64,000 bases of DNA from the NCBI RefSeq assembly GCF_963853765.1, contig NC_088857.1:15128001-15192000 (forward strand). Direction: 5' to 3'. The stretch is from Magallana gigas. Its lineage: Eukaryota. The notes under the pieces are model-generated. The model was not told the DNA's origin, ran no database searches, and saw nothing but the letters and a program-made list of their open reading frames with translations. This document shows positions 24,810-37,654 of this stretch, piece by piece. Each line of letters starts with the position of its first letter. Positions within the stretch are counted from its first letter, which is position 1. The position numbers and the translations under genes are program-made.

Positions 24810-27800
24810 GGTCCCTGTTTGTCGGCTGTGTAATTTAATTCCCACTTTCAAATTTAATGGTTTGACTATAAGCAATATCTACCTAAATTTTTTAACTGTT
24901 TATTTTTTCATCTTATTCCTTTTTACTTAGTTAAAAATGTCCCATTGTTTATTTCCTTCCTACTCATATACTCATATACTTACCTCCCTACTGTACATGC
25001 ATGCACACTTAGCTTTAAAATGGATCGATATGACAGTAAAGTATGGCTCTTCCTAGTATTTATTCTTTATAATCTCTACTTTTTTTTTTAAAACAAATCA
25101 TATATCAATGAGGCAGGTATCGCAGTCTATACTGAAATAGCTAGTACACTCATTACAGATGTTTGATCCACCTCTAAATTTATCGCGGGAAATATAGCAC
25201 GAGAGCACTGTGACGTTATCCATGACTTTGTTTGTCTTTGTTTACGTTTCTCGACTCAATACGAAGGTATGGAAGCATGTAACAAATCTTTTGAGTCTCG
25301 CCAAAGCATATGCGGTACTCAAAACGTGTCTTCAAACTTTAAGACACGGTAAATTACGAGTTAAAAGTCGGCCATTTTTGGCATAGCACCACGGGTGAAA
25401 ACATTAGAGAGCATTATGGGACGTAGACAAAAAATTTTGTTTGATGAACTGTAGTTTTAGCTTGTTCTTTTTCCCGCGCACACTGGTTCTTAGAGCTCGC
25501 TTCGCTCACCGGCAGTGCTCACTATAAGGTTTTCTCATAAAAAAAAAAAATACAAAAATGACATGGTTGAATTTTAACTGTGATTTCAATTCAGTTGTTA
25601 AAACTGTAAAATAATAGGTCAAATTAATTTTTTTCATTGCAGAAAACCTCAGAATGGACATTGGATTATCCTCCTTTCTTTGCATGGTTTGAACATTTCC
25701 TTGCCAAGGTGGCGTATTACTTTGATAGAGACATGCTAAATGTGGAGAATCTGAACTATGCTAGTGAGGCAACTGTACTTTTCCAGCGACTTTCTGTTAT
25801 TGTAACAGATTTTATACTGGTGCTAGCTGTCAAAAAGTAAGAATTTCTTAATGTACCGTATTTGATAGTTTTCAATCTTTTAAATCATGTACAGTTTACA
25901 TATATAAGTTGAAATAATAATTACCTTGAGATGTTAATCCGTTTGTTTGATTTGATAAAAGGTAATCTTAATATTTACTAGCATTTGTTTTCTGTTACTT
26001 TCAGGTTTTGTGCTTACATGAAGACTTCTGTATGGAAAAAATCAAAAACTTCTGATGAAAGTTTATTCAACAATAAATCCTTGATATTTTCTGTCCTTGT
26101 TTTGTGCAACTTTGGGCTCCTGATAGTGGATCATATCCTTTTTGCATAAACAAATTTGTGTCCTCTGTTAAATGTTTCTCAACATGCTTTGATGGTAACA
26201 GAAAACAAATAATGTCTTATTTGGTATGAAATCCAAGCAGTGATTAACAGATTTATTTCTTAAATCATTACCAGTTTACTGGAACAGTATTTAATTTTTT
26301 TTAAAGTAAATCAGATTGTTGATCAACATTTATTGTGTTTATGGGTAATCAACATGTCTGTCCATTTATGTGTAAACATAATTGAATATCTCAAAATATA
26401 TTTTTAAAAAAACACCAGAAACTCAAAATGTGTTCAAATTTGGTCATAATGGATGTGTGTCTTGACCCTTAGGCAAGGTCATTTGATTATGGTCAAGGTC
26501 TTAGAATTTTATTTAAAAATATTTTCCATATCATACATATACTTGAGTTGTTATGATGATGAACATCATTAATATTGAAACTCAGTTTTGCATCTCTTAT
26601 TTTGACCTTAGGTAAGAGCGAGAAGACTGAGATAATTAGATGTAGATGTGTGAAAATGACAAATTTTTATTATTAGTAATTGTTTGTTACCCTTAACACT
26701 GTCACATATTCATTTCCAGTATAATGGGTTCATGTTTGGAATTCTTATGTGGTCGATGACATGTATGTTACAGGTATGTAAGAAGACTGCATACAATAAT
26801 ATTACGATATCTCAATCATTTCTTGTGCACAATTTTACGTCTTTTTATTTAAAAACATACTTGCTTTGGAAACACACCATACTCACTTAATCAATCGCTC
26901 TTCCTTTATTTCATGGAATTACGTGTTCAAAATTTGATACAAGTACTAGTTTACATGCCAAATATTACATGTTAAATAAAAGTTTTCTATGTAAGACCAA
27001 TAATTTTGTTTTCAGTTTTGATAAATATGCCAAAATAATATTTTAGAAACCAATTAAATTATTGAAAAATAATTTAGAAACCATCTAAATCATTAAATCA
27101 ATATAAAACTATTAGAGTTCATACATGTATTTCTTTGCAGGATCAGTTCATTTGGTCGGCTTTATGGTTTGCTGTTCTGCTCAACTTCAAACACATTTAT
27201 CTCTACATTGCTCCAGCATACTTCATATACCTTCTGAGAAACTACTGCTTTAAAGCAACAGGTAATTAACTTTATTTGATTTAGCCTCAGATTGGTCAGA
27301 TGTATAGATAATTAAAGCTGCTTGGTCCGATTTTATATCAAATTTTATGCACGCTTTTAAACGATAGACATTGCAGTAGTTTTACCCGTCAATTATACCA
27401 AATTTCAAAGAAGAAAAATACATACAAAATTTGCTAACAAAACAAACGACATTAAAAGGTACCGCGTTATTTCGCCTCATGTTAAATTTTACCCCTGACA
27501 ACGAGACGGGTATGGTTGTATTACGAATTTGACATAGCTTTAAATAAAGGTCGAAATGATCAGACAAATTACAAATAAACATGTGTACGTTTTGTTCGCT
27601 AATATTTCCAAAGTCTGCTTTCTTTAATCCATGCATAGCATGCGGGTTGAATTACCCCAATCATTCGGGGGACGAAACCAAGCGGTTTCCTTTTCTAAAC
27701 ATTCCTGTGATGCATTTTGGTTTGTTTTTTCGTTTGCCCTAAGAGAATAATTTTTATTTACTTTGAATATTTCTAACTTTAAGAGGAGACTGATTCTGCT

Positions 27801-29741
27801 GGTGTAAATAGGAAAAAGTCCATAACTTTCTAAGACAAATGATTTGTATGAAAAAAAAATTTGATTCTGTAATTACAAAAAAATCGGACCAAGCAGCTTT
27901 AAGTTTGATATAAATCTTACTTAAAACTTAAAAAGACTTTGAAGGCAAGTACCAGTATTGAAATGAATTTGAAGGCTTATTGTAATGATTATGTGCCCTG
28001 TGTGATTCTCTTATTGGATCAAGGCTTATATATTATTGATTTCAGACATGGTTGGATGCATATATTCATCACTTCTTTTAATTGTAGGGGGAAGTCTCCA
28101 GTGGTCATCGTTTTCCCCATTTCGTCTCATAACTCTTGGTTTTGTTGTTATTTATGTGTTTGCCTTGTCTTTTGGACCATTCATATATTTGGTAAGTCTG
28201 CCTCAAATTGTAAACAGAAAGGGGAGAGGAATATGAAAATAATTATTTGGTTCAAGTTTTTTTATTGTCACCACACGTACATTGTCAAGTACAGATACTT
28301 TTTTTTTCTCCAGAAACAAGTGCCACAAGTTTTGTCTCGGTTGTTTCCCTTTAAGAGAGGACTGTGTCATGCCTATTGGGCTCCAAACTTTTGGGCTTTA
28401 TATAACTTTGTTGACAAAACTTTAACAATATTGGGTAAGAATAATATATATTTCATTTTTAATCAAGAAACATTAACTCTGTGAATTCAAATAAAAGGCA
28501 TAAGAGTTGTGTTTAAATTAGCAATATGATTATAATTGTACTCGGACATATCTTTAAAACAAAAATTACAATATAGAGGGAAAGTAGGGATAGATGTACC
28601 AGTATTCTCAGTTTTAGCACATGTTTTACAGGGTCAAGGCTACATCTGACAACAGGCACCCCCTCAGCTGTGATGACTGGGGGGTTAGTACAAGAATTCC
28701 ACCATGTGGTGTTGCCATCAGTCCCTCCTGTGGTTACATTGCTGGCTACAGTTACTTCTATTCTGGTTGGTACAGAAGAGTAGAAAATTCACAAACCTAC
28801 ATATTAAAATATGTTTTTAAACTCATTTTATGTGTAATTCACTAACATGTATTTGTTTTTTTTATATGAATAAAAATAATGTACACGTACAAGTATATTT
28901 CAAGAACCAGTATGTTGCAATGGCAGAACAAAATACTTCACTTATTACACCTATTCAATATACTGATATTTACCATATTTCAGCCTGCCATGTATTACCT
29001 GTGGAGTAAGTTTAAGGGTCCGGAGGGCTTTGTCAGGGCAGTGGTACTGTGTGCTTTTGGATCTTACTTGTTTGGTTGGCATGTTCATGAAAAGGCCATT
29101 CTTATCATCATTTTACCATTATGGTACGTATTGTTTATTCACCTTGTCTTCTTAAGTATACAAGACCCTATCCTTTATCAAAATCAATGTTTGTGTCAGT
29201 GATTACAAGTCAATCAATTTTAAATTATTTAGAACTTCCCTACGCTTTCCGGTAATGGTATCGATTTGTTTCTCAATGTATCGAAAACTGGGGAGTGTAT
29301 GTACGGTAAGTTCTAATTTAAATTAGGTAGGGTAGTGATAAACTGTATATCATTTTTCTCATTACATCCACAGCCTGCTAGTGTTCAACAAGAGAGAAGA
29401 TGCCTCGATTTTTCTGATCCTTTCCACTACGGGACATTATTCCCTCTTTCCATTACTTTTTACATCAGCTGGTATGTAAATGATTTTAATCTTGAACAAG
29501 AGTAATTCACTTGTACATGTATTTGGAATGGATGGTGACTACTTCATCAGAAACACTTGATCCTTCATCAGTTTGACATTTGTACATGTATTTAATCTTG
29601 AACAAGAATAATTAACTTGTATTTAGAATGGATGGTGACTATTTCATCATTAACACTATATCCTTCATCAGGTTGACATTTGTAAAATTCCAACATATTG
29701 AAAAGATAATGTATTTTAGGTTCATTTATTATTAATTTTTT

Positions 29742-29772
<31 letters not shown>

Positions 29773-30617
29773 GACAAAATCACATATAATATACATGTAT
29801 CATCTTTTCATGGAAATCTACAGTTGAATTTTGTTATCTTTGGTCTTTATGTGTCAATATGTTAGATAGTTAATGTTATGATGTCATAAGAATTCTCTTA
29901 AGAGAGTAAATACATGTATATTGCATTACTTGTTACAGCATTATTCACAATAAATTATTCATTCTTTACCTATTACCCTTCTTTATTTATTGCATTTTGA
30001 ATTTTTGCTACAAATTGTTTTCTAAAAGGAATTTATATTTATTGTTCCAAAAATTAATAAGTCTATAATATTATAACACAATATCCTTAATTTCTTATTT
30101 TCAGAAACAACAACAAAGATTCTATTGATGCTAGCATATTCTGTGTTTGCCTTTTCTAGTCTAGGATACATATACAAGTGAGTGTCTAAAGGCTTACATG
30201 TATTTTCGTAATTTGTAAATGTAACAAGTCATAATTTTCTGAATACTGGTAGGTCAGTGGGTCACCACCATATGATTTTTTTTCTTCAGTTTATTAGTTA
30301 TTATTCTAATTTCTGGGTTCACTGTTGTCAAACAAAATTATTGTATTCTTTGCTATTTATTGCATTTCAACTTTTGCAGATCAAATTGGAGCTGGCGGTC
30401 CCTTCCTCTTCTTAATTCACTTGAATCCTTGTATATAGTTGGACTTATACCATTAGAAGTGTGGAACAGTGCAATATTTCCATTTTTAGACTTTTCAGAA
30501 CAGTTTCCATTCCTACCTTTAATGCTAACCTCAGTTTATTGTTCATTTGGTATTGTATATTCCTGGATCAAATTTTATAAAATAACTTTGTTTGATAGAA
30601 AATTGAAATCTCAATAA
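23980..30617 (+). CDS. ALG8: Dolichyl pyrophosphate Glc1Man9GlcNAc2 alpha-1,3-glucosyltransferase, 13 coding exons
   Basis: Exons: 23980-24044, 24380-24458, 25643-25836, 26005-26132, 26706-26773, 27141-27261, 28088-28191, 28314-28434, 28632-28765, 28984-29123, 29374-29471, 30105-30177, 30380-30617. Phases are consistent. Motifs [61 protein letters not shown] and [10 protein letters not shown]. Confidence 0.97.
24570..25526 (+). mobile_element. Helitron/Helentron-like non-autonomous element (copy 1) with internal (GA)n and degenerate 3' hairpin, in ALG8 intron 2
   Basis: Similar along its length to the reverse complement of 52148-53112. Ends gagctcgcttcgctcaccggcagtgctcactataa. Superfamily is inferred. 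Confidence 0.7.
26133..26705 (+). other. ALG8: U12-type (minor spliceosome) AT-AC intron, ALG8 intron 4
   Basis: 5' ATATCCTT at 26133, branch site CCTTAAC at 26691-26697, 3' AC at 26704-05. Splicing restores the conserved [13 protein letters not shown] (C|AT). Confidence 0.93.
27312..27902. mobile_element. TTAA-flanked non-autonomous DNA transposon (Kolobok-like), 583 bp, in ALG8 intron 6
   Basis: TTAA|AGCTGCTTGGTCCGATTTT ... AAATCGGACCAAGCAGCT|TTAA (element 27316-27898). Second copy at 46109-48944. Confidence 0.85.
29485..29690. repeat. Tandem duplication, ~106-bp period, ALG8 intron 11
   Basis: tttaatcttgaacaag...gaatggatggtgacta...ccttcatcag.ttgacatttgta starts at 29485 and again at 29591. 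Confidence 0.85.
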
Positions 30618-30978
30618 AAAATGAAATCCAGCATTCAGTTTTTGTTGTTTTTAAGATGTGCATAAAAGTATGACCTTATTCATGTTATTTAGTCATCCTT
30701 TGCCCCCCCCCCCCCCCCCCCCCCCCCCCCAAACCACACACACACACACACCACAGAGACAGGCTGTGATTTCTAAGCTGTATGTTGACTAATAAATACA
30801 GGCATACCAAAAACTGTTGAATCATACAACAGAGGTTGATACGGCAGAGGTTGAATCTTGCCAGAATTTTTTTTTAAGGGGAAGGGGGTAATTTTGATCG
30901 GGTTCGGTCTACAAAATAATCTAAATGACGTTTACGCAATATTTGTTATCCAGCGTGTGAGGTAGCAAAATCATCAAA

Positions 30979-31761
30979 ATGGAAATTCTTCGGAAAACAG
31001 CAAACTTTGTGCTTGGAAAAAGAATGGTTGTTTTTCAAAAAATAAGACTTTCATCAACTATGTCATTCCAAACATCGTTTGCAAAGAAAGTCTCTGCGCG
31101 CCAAAGTGAAATCAACATCAATCTGAGGGAATTCGGATCCAGCAGTCTATTGCACTGCACAAAGGCATCTGACAAGGAAATGGCAAAAAGTCTACAGAGA
31201 GAAATCGAAGATGAAATGGAAAGTTTGTCGAAAGAAAAGTCCTATTTCGACGGATGGGAAATGACTAAGTCTGGAGCAGACGTGAAAATAACCAAAGCTT
31301 TTCCATCAGAGACCATATCTGTAATGTTTAATGTTAACAACTCGCTGGCAGACAATTACGATGATATTGAAAAGGATGATTATGATGGGCCACCGATGTC
31401 CTCGAGGCCACCATTCATAGTAGAAATTGCGAAGCCGAGTGGAATGAAAATGGCTATCGAGTGTGAATGTTTTTCAAATAAGGAACCTATGGATCAAATT
31501 GATGATGAAATGCAAGATGATGAAATTAATGCAGGATATGAAATCAGCAGTGTTCAGGTTTACAGAGATGAGCGATTGCCAACAAACTATGTGTGCCAAG
31601 CTTTGGATCGACCACTGCATGATATCCTTATGGACATCCTAATGGAGAGGGGGATAGACAATGAATTTGTTGATGAACTTGTTGATTTTTGCACAAACTA
31701 TGAACAACAGCTTTATATAGATTTCTTGGTGAAAATGAAGTCTCATTTAACTAAGAAATAA
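30979..31761 (+). CDS. C1QBP: C1QBP/p32/gC1qR (MAM33 mitochondrial acidic glycoprotein family), paralogue 1, intronless, 260 aa
   Basis: Basic Ser-rich N-terminal presequence, then acidic MAM33 core: ETISVMFNVNNSL, SRPPFIVEIAKPSG, LMERGIDNEFVDELVDFCTNYEQQLYIDFL. AATAAA at 31814. Confidence 0.88.
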   Translation: MEILRKTANFVLGKRMVVFQKIRLSSTMSFQTSFAKKVSARQSEININLREFGSSSLLHCTKASDKEMAKSLQREIEDEMESLSKEKSYFDGWEMTKSGADVKITKAFPSETISVMFNVNNSLADNYDDIEKDDYDGPPMSSRPPFIVEIAKPSGMKMAIECECFSNKEPMDQIDDEMQDDEINAGYEISSVQVYRDERLPTNYVCQALDRPLHDILMDILMERGIDNEFVDELVDFCTNYEQQLYIDFLVKMKSHLTKK

Positions 31762-31910
31762 TTAACATGTAAAATTGTATTTGTGACACAGTGGGAATGT
31801 AGACTTTTCCATCAATAAATATTTTACCATTAGTTTCGAATTTGATTTTCTTGGATGTAAATTATTTGCATAGTCAGTTGCATACACAGCACTGGTTCGA
31901 TAAAACTATG

Positions 31911-33591
31911 AAAGGACTATATATGATAAGGGCCTAAAATGGCCCCCTAAAATGAACATCATCATTTTACTATCATTCTTTGTTTTCTTAGTACAGATAT
32001 GTATGTGATGTGTTTACATAATATTCATTTTGGTTCAAGTGCCCACAATTTAGAAATATGACATTGTAAATACAGCCTTTTCTGCCATTTTTGCATTGTT
32101 AGCGTAAAACAGCTTGTTTTCAAGCAGTTTTTCCTTCTGAAAACATAGAGCGCATTCTTGAACAAATAAAATATTTTAATCAGAGATGTATCTAGCCAAG
32201 ACTAATAAGTGACAAAAAAAATTTTCTTGTTCAAGCATGCGCTCTATATTTCCCATTCGTAAACAGATAAGAAAAATGTCAATTTTTGGCTGATTATGAT
32301 TGAATTATAGAAATTGCGTCACTTCTGATGTCATATACTGCCAGTGAGTGCAAACAAATCAAATGAATAGATGAAAAATATATTTTATATCAACTCTTCT
32401 AAAAAATTAGTTAAGGTTCCTCGACACATCAAAATTTTATTTTATGGATCGATAGAGAATCTTTTTTGAAACATGATTCCACAAAACAGAAATCAATATC
32501 GGCTTTCAGTTATTTTATACGAATTTTTTTGTATTTTTCCAGTGAAATAGGAAAAACTGTTTTGCAGACAAACAGAATATATTAGAGCTTAAAACTTGTT
32601 GTCAATTAATGTGCAATATAATTATAAATAAATTCATACCAAAGATCGTTTTTTCAAGTGTTTAATTTTTTAATTAAAAAAATATTTCTGAAAATCAAAA
32701 TTGTAATTCTTTAATATCTTTTTAATCTATGGATAAAATTTTAAAAATAACATATAGTCACATAAACTATTTACTAAACAATGATATTTTACAAAGAAAT
32801 TGAAATGAAAAGGCGAAATTTTGGAAAAATTGCTATTTATCAAATTTGAACCGATCCCGATTGAAAAAAAAACTGATCCCGATCAGAATTATTTTAAAAT
32901 TGAAATTTTACAAATAAACTGCAGTTTTTTTCTAAGTAATTGATATAAATTATAAAGTTAGTAAATGACGAAACCATTTTACAGCTAAACAACGTGAAAT
33001 TTTTGCAAAAATCTGATTCATTCTAACTTTATGTGATTTCGTTCGGGATCAGTTTAATTACAATCGGGATCGGTTCGATTTTAAAAATTTCCATTTATAC
33101 TTTAATTTCACTATTTGGTTTCAATTTCTTGTTGAAATATGATTGTACAGCAATTGTTAAATGCGAGTAACAGTTTATCTGCAGTTTTTATCCATAGATT
33201 TAAAAAATATCTACTATCCTTTATTTTCATTTTCATAAATATTTTTTTTACAAAAATATTTCAAAGTTTATCTGGCCGTTTTTGATATGTATTTATAGAT
33301 AATTGTATTGTGCATTAATTGATAACTAATTTTTAGCTCTAATATATCTCGTTCGCAGCTAAAACGATGTTTCCGGTTTCTATAAAAAAATACAAAAAAA
33401 TTCATATAAAATAATCAGAGGCCGATATAGGTGTCATTTTTGAATAATCATTTCTCAAAGAGAATTCTTCATCGATCCATCAAATAATGCATTAGTGTGT
33501 CGAGCCACCTTAACATTTTATTGTACCCGAAACACTTAAAAAATGGCGATTTATGGGGGCCAAATTTAACTCTTATCATATATAGTTCTTT
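31911..33591. mobile_element. Non-autonomous TIR element (~1.7 kb) between the C1QBP paralogues
   Basis: Imperfect ~40-bp TIRs: aaaggactatatatgataagggcctaaaatggcccc versus the reverse complement of gggggccaaatttaactcttatcatatatagttcttt. Confidence 0.7.
32410..33513. mobile_element. TTAA-flanked, largely palindromic (foldback) Kolobok-like MITE nested in the previous element
   Basis: TTAA|ggttcctcgacac ... gtgtcgagccacc|TTAA. The two halves are diverged inverted repeats (e.g. gaaccgatcccgattg vs caatcgggatcggttc). Confidence 0.75.
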
Positions 33592-34041
33592 GTACACAAG
33601 TGTCTCATAATTGTATATTGTCTCAGGCAAGTAGCAACACCTACATGTATATTAATTATTATAGATTGTACAACAGGTTAAATTTATTAGTCCTACTACG
33701 CTGTCATGATTAATTATAAAAGAGTTTAATTTAACATGCAATTTAATTGTAAACCATTGGAAGTAAGATTTAAAATATTGGGTAGAATAAATGAATTAAT
33801 CTGCATAATAGAAATATATTATTGACTATAACATAGGTACTGGAGTTAAAACAAAGTGTCATTGCAAATCTAAATTTTGCATGGTAAATCCAAAACCAGG
33901 GAACTGGCTAAGCAATAACAGGCATCGAAAGGGACAACAACAAACACCTGGTCTAGTTCATATACTTTAAAATCGGGTCTAAATGCCTGCAAAATATGGC
34001 AAGGTCCAAGTTTTATATCTTCATCATGACATGAAATGTAG

Positions 34042-34323
34042 GCACGTACTAAGCATCGTTTTTGTGTGTGTGTTTTTTTTTCCTTTTTCTTTTTTTTTTT
34101 TTTTAAAAAATTGAATTTTTAATTTGCTGAACATTTTAAAGACGATTTGAAAAATATTAATATAATCTTATATTGGTTACTAGCCACCACCTCACGTGCA
34201 GATGCATGAGGATTTTGAAGATTGACGAAGTGGTTTATTTTGTATATTTTATTTAGCTTGTCAAAATTTCTGTTCAGTCTAACCCCCTCCCCTGCTCACT
34301 TTCTAAAACGATGCTACGTGTCA
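34042..34323. mobile_element. MITE family with GGCACGTAGCATCGTTTT-type TIRs (other copies at 50276-50463 and 57908-58111)
   Basis: ggcacgtactaagcatcgttttt ... aaaacgatgctacgtgtc. Related termini at 50276/50462 and 57909/58111. Confidence 0.6.
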
Positions 34324-35582
34324 CTCTAATTTTAATGAGACTGCACTACTTGCCTGGAATTTGCTCTATAAATTATTTAAGGTTGGTCCTTACTCGAGGA
34401 CGCCCTGCAAAATTCAAATTTCTTTATATGATCAAAAATATATCTCGGACCCCTCTCTCCCCCCGGCAAACTCAAATAACCGTCGGACCCCCCCCCCCCC
34501 CCCCCCAGCGGAAAAATTTTCTGGAACCGCGCATGGACGTCATCATTGAAAATATGTAATTATCATTACTGGATAGTCGCAGTATATACACTGTACCCCG
34601 AGTTGATAATATTACAATTAGTAGCAGTCCTGTTTGTAATATTCTAGCTGCACATTAAGGTTTTGATATCTTTAACTACTATACGTTTAAAATACTGTAT
34701 TTCTACATGCATACATGGACCCATGGTACCATTCCCAAAGTTTTTACAAAAACACTACTTTATCACAAAAATAAAAGAAAGATTTTTTATAGTCTTCAAA
34801 ACATACAAACTTATCCATATAGAACTGTAAATGTCGACAGAAATTAAAATTTAACAAAGTAATTTCTCAAAGGTAAAGTTGATTGAGCAAAATGGGGGCA
34901 TAAACGTTCTAATAGTTGTCGAAAGAAAATAAAGATATAATTTTAAACTTTTCAAACGCAACAGATATAAATCTAAAATTCTAAAGAGAAAAATAAGCCA
35001 TCATGTTACAAAAAAATAATAAGATGTTTCAATTTTCCAATTAATTTTTATTTTTTCAATTTGATATTCTTTCCACATAAGTATGTTTTATTAGTTGATA
35101 AATAAAAATACAAATGTTACAGTAATGATCGAGTTTCAAACATAGTACCTACATGATTTAAAATATATATAGCTTTTTTTTTTTAATTTAGAACTTCGAA
35201 AAACTGAAATTGGCTGTCAGAAAACGTGTTATGATTAATAAAAATGGGGATATACACAATATGTAGATTCTATTCAGAAAAATGACATGTTTTATTTAAA
35301 GATATGGATTTCTGGACATTTTAATGACAAAAAGTGTCAAAGTAAATGAATAATTTTAAGAGAAAAAAATATATTTATCAGTTTAAATACTGCTGTAAGC
35401 CATTTGTATATCAGTGTATAATATAGGCCTAGTACAAGCAAATTTTATTTGTAACATACATTGAAAATGTACGTAGTACTGTGCGTCGAAACAAAACGAT
35501 CGGGCTCGGAATGCAAAAAACACGCATTAACTCACGTTGTGTGCGAGCAGGCAGTAACCTTCGTGTGAAGAATTTGATAAAA

Positions 35583-36353
35583 ATGACGTCTGTAATCGTC
35601 AAATCTCTCGTTAACTCAGCAAGACAGTCTAAAAGGGCTTTATACACCGTTTCATCGTTCAAAAGAGGTTTGTCATCCTCAGTATTTAACAAAAGCGAAC
35701 TTTCTGTGACTGCGGCATTGTCGAGAAAACTCGAATGTTCTCCTCTCCAGAAGAGATGGCTGTACACCGAGACAGACCAAGATATGTCTCAACACATAGA
35801 GAAGGAAATTGAAAACGAGAAGAAGATGGGTGCTAGCACAGCGAGTTACTTCAAAAATTGGAAAATTAATTCGAATGGATGCGAAGTTTCGATGTCAAAA
35901 TCTGAAGGAAATGAAACAATTACAGTCGAATTCAACGTGAACAATGCAACAGACTTGGTGGAAGAAGATTTGAAATCGGAGGAAGGTATGCCACACATGA
36001 TATGCAGACCACCATTTATTGTAGAAATCAAGAAACCAAGTGGAACCAAAGTTCGTATATCTTGCCAGTTTCTCAGTGAATATGAAGCAGACGATGGAGA
36101 TGAAAATGAAGTGAGGGACAAATTTGAAATTGAACAGTTCAGTGTTTACCAAAAGGAAATCAGCCCCGCAACTTATGTGTGCAGTGGGGAAACCATGGAT
36201 GGAGAAATGTACGAAAAGTTGATGGACATGTTGGACGAGCGCAAAATTGACAATGATTTTGCCAATGAGTTGATCGAATTCAGCACCGGTTATGAGCACG
36301 GCGAATACATCAAGTTCCTCACCAAATTCAAATCTTTTGTGGATGAAAAGTGA
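35583..36353 (+). CDS. C1QBP: C1QBP/p32/gC1qR (MAM33 family), paralogue 2, intronless, probably 256 aa from MTSVIVK
   Basis: ORF 35481-36353, whose first codon is GTG. The first plausible ATG is at 35583. Presequence followed by RWLYTETDQDMSQHIEKEIENE, ETITVEFNVNN, CRPPFIVEIKKPSG, MDGEMYEKLMDMLDERKIDNDFANELIEFSTGYEHGEYIKFL. Confidence 0.92.
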   Translation: MTSVIVKSLVNSARQSKRALYTVSSFKRGLSSSVFNKSELSVTAALSRKLECSPLQKRWLYTETDQDMSQHIEKEIENEKKMGASTASYFKNWKINSNGCEVSMSKSEGNETITVEFNVNNATDLVEEDLKSEEGMPHMICRPPFIVEIKKPSGTKVRISCQFLSEYEADDGDENEVRDKFEIEQFSVYQKEISPATYVCSGETMDGEMYEKLMDMLDERKIDNDFANELIEFSTGYEHGEYIKFLTKFKSFVDEK

Positions 36354-37654
36354 ATAGTTGCAGATACAGTGTTGTTTTAAATAGAGACTTGTCTATTAAA
36401 TATACTTTTCTTGATTGAAAAGGAAAAGTCTCAACTGAATCAGACTTGCCAATATTGTTCTTGTGTCAGTCTGCGTTGAACTTCATCATAGCATACACGT
36501 ATTAATAAATGATCATAGAAATTTGCAATATAGTTGTTTCTTAATTGCTGCACATGCTTAATTAAATTGACTTCAATGAAAATCAGAAATTGATTTGCAG
36601 AAGTACATGTACATAAATCATTGCAAAAGTAAAATTTAAAGAATATTGAGAAAACATTCTTCTGTCTCTGAAAATTATGTGCAGTGTGCCTTTTTCCCCC
36701 TTCCAACTTAAAACAAGAATTGTTTGCGAAAATGGTAAACCTCTCCTCTCTATTTGATTATTGAAAAGGAAATATTTTCAGTGGGTTTTTAAAAGGATTC
36801 TTAAGGTATTAAGAAGTCAGTATTTTCCTATACTTTTACAGTATCGACCAGACCTATTAAACAGAAAGCAGACCCCAACCAAACCATGGGTCTGCTTTCT
36901 GTGTCCGCTCTTGGTCTACTCTGGTGGACCCAGATCTGATGCAGAGCAGACACAGAAAGCAGACTTAAATCGCTAATAAAAAATGACCAAATGTCTCTAC
37001 ATATACAAGGGGTGGGCTTACAGGTGGTAAGAAAAAAAATGTGTCTGCTTCACTCTTCATTGCATAAAGCTGACCCCAAGTAAGCCCATAGCAGACTTCA
37101 AGCAGACACTTAGCAGATGTAAATTTTTAAAAAGCAGACCTGGGGTAGCTTTTGGGGTCTGCTTTGGTGTTAGATTGTGTATGGTTTGTACACAGATATA
37201 TCGAGAAGAATATGACCCAATAGATTTGCTTGGCCTTATGTTGACCTTAAAATCAAATAGGAATCATATATATCCAGCGTAATGTTCTTTAACAAGATAT
37301 TAATCAGATACATGTACAACTGAATGAGTAACATCTGAATAACTTCTCTGCAGATCTTATTTTGATCTTCTGGCATACAAACCGTAAAAGTAAAAGGCCA
37401 CGTAAGAGTTCAAATGCAAACATCTTTACTTACAAAAGTATACATGTACATTATGAATGCATAAATCATTACAAAAAACTAGTAAATTGGTCCTTGTGGT
37501 CTTTATAGTTCAGTCATGGCACTATAATATATGTATATGCAAAGTAATTGAAAATATTTGGAAATCCGAATTGGATGTACCTCTTTTCCTGTTCCTATTA
37601 TGTACATCAAAATGTGCCACCCCCCCCCCCCCCCCCCCAAAAAAAAAAAACTCA

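Noticed and set aside
30081-30104. U12-like branch motif TCCTTAAT before ALG8 exon 12
   Set aside because: The donor of that intron is GTATGT (U2-type), not RTATCC, and a normal polypyrimidine tract plus AG is present.
35481-35582. 34-aa N-terminal extension of C1QBP paralogue 2 in the ORF track
   Set aside because: It starts at GTG. The ATG at 35583 gives a typical mitochondrial presequence and a length similar to paralogue 1. An in-frame ATG at 35511 is not excluded.
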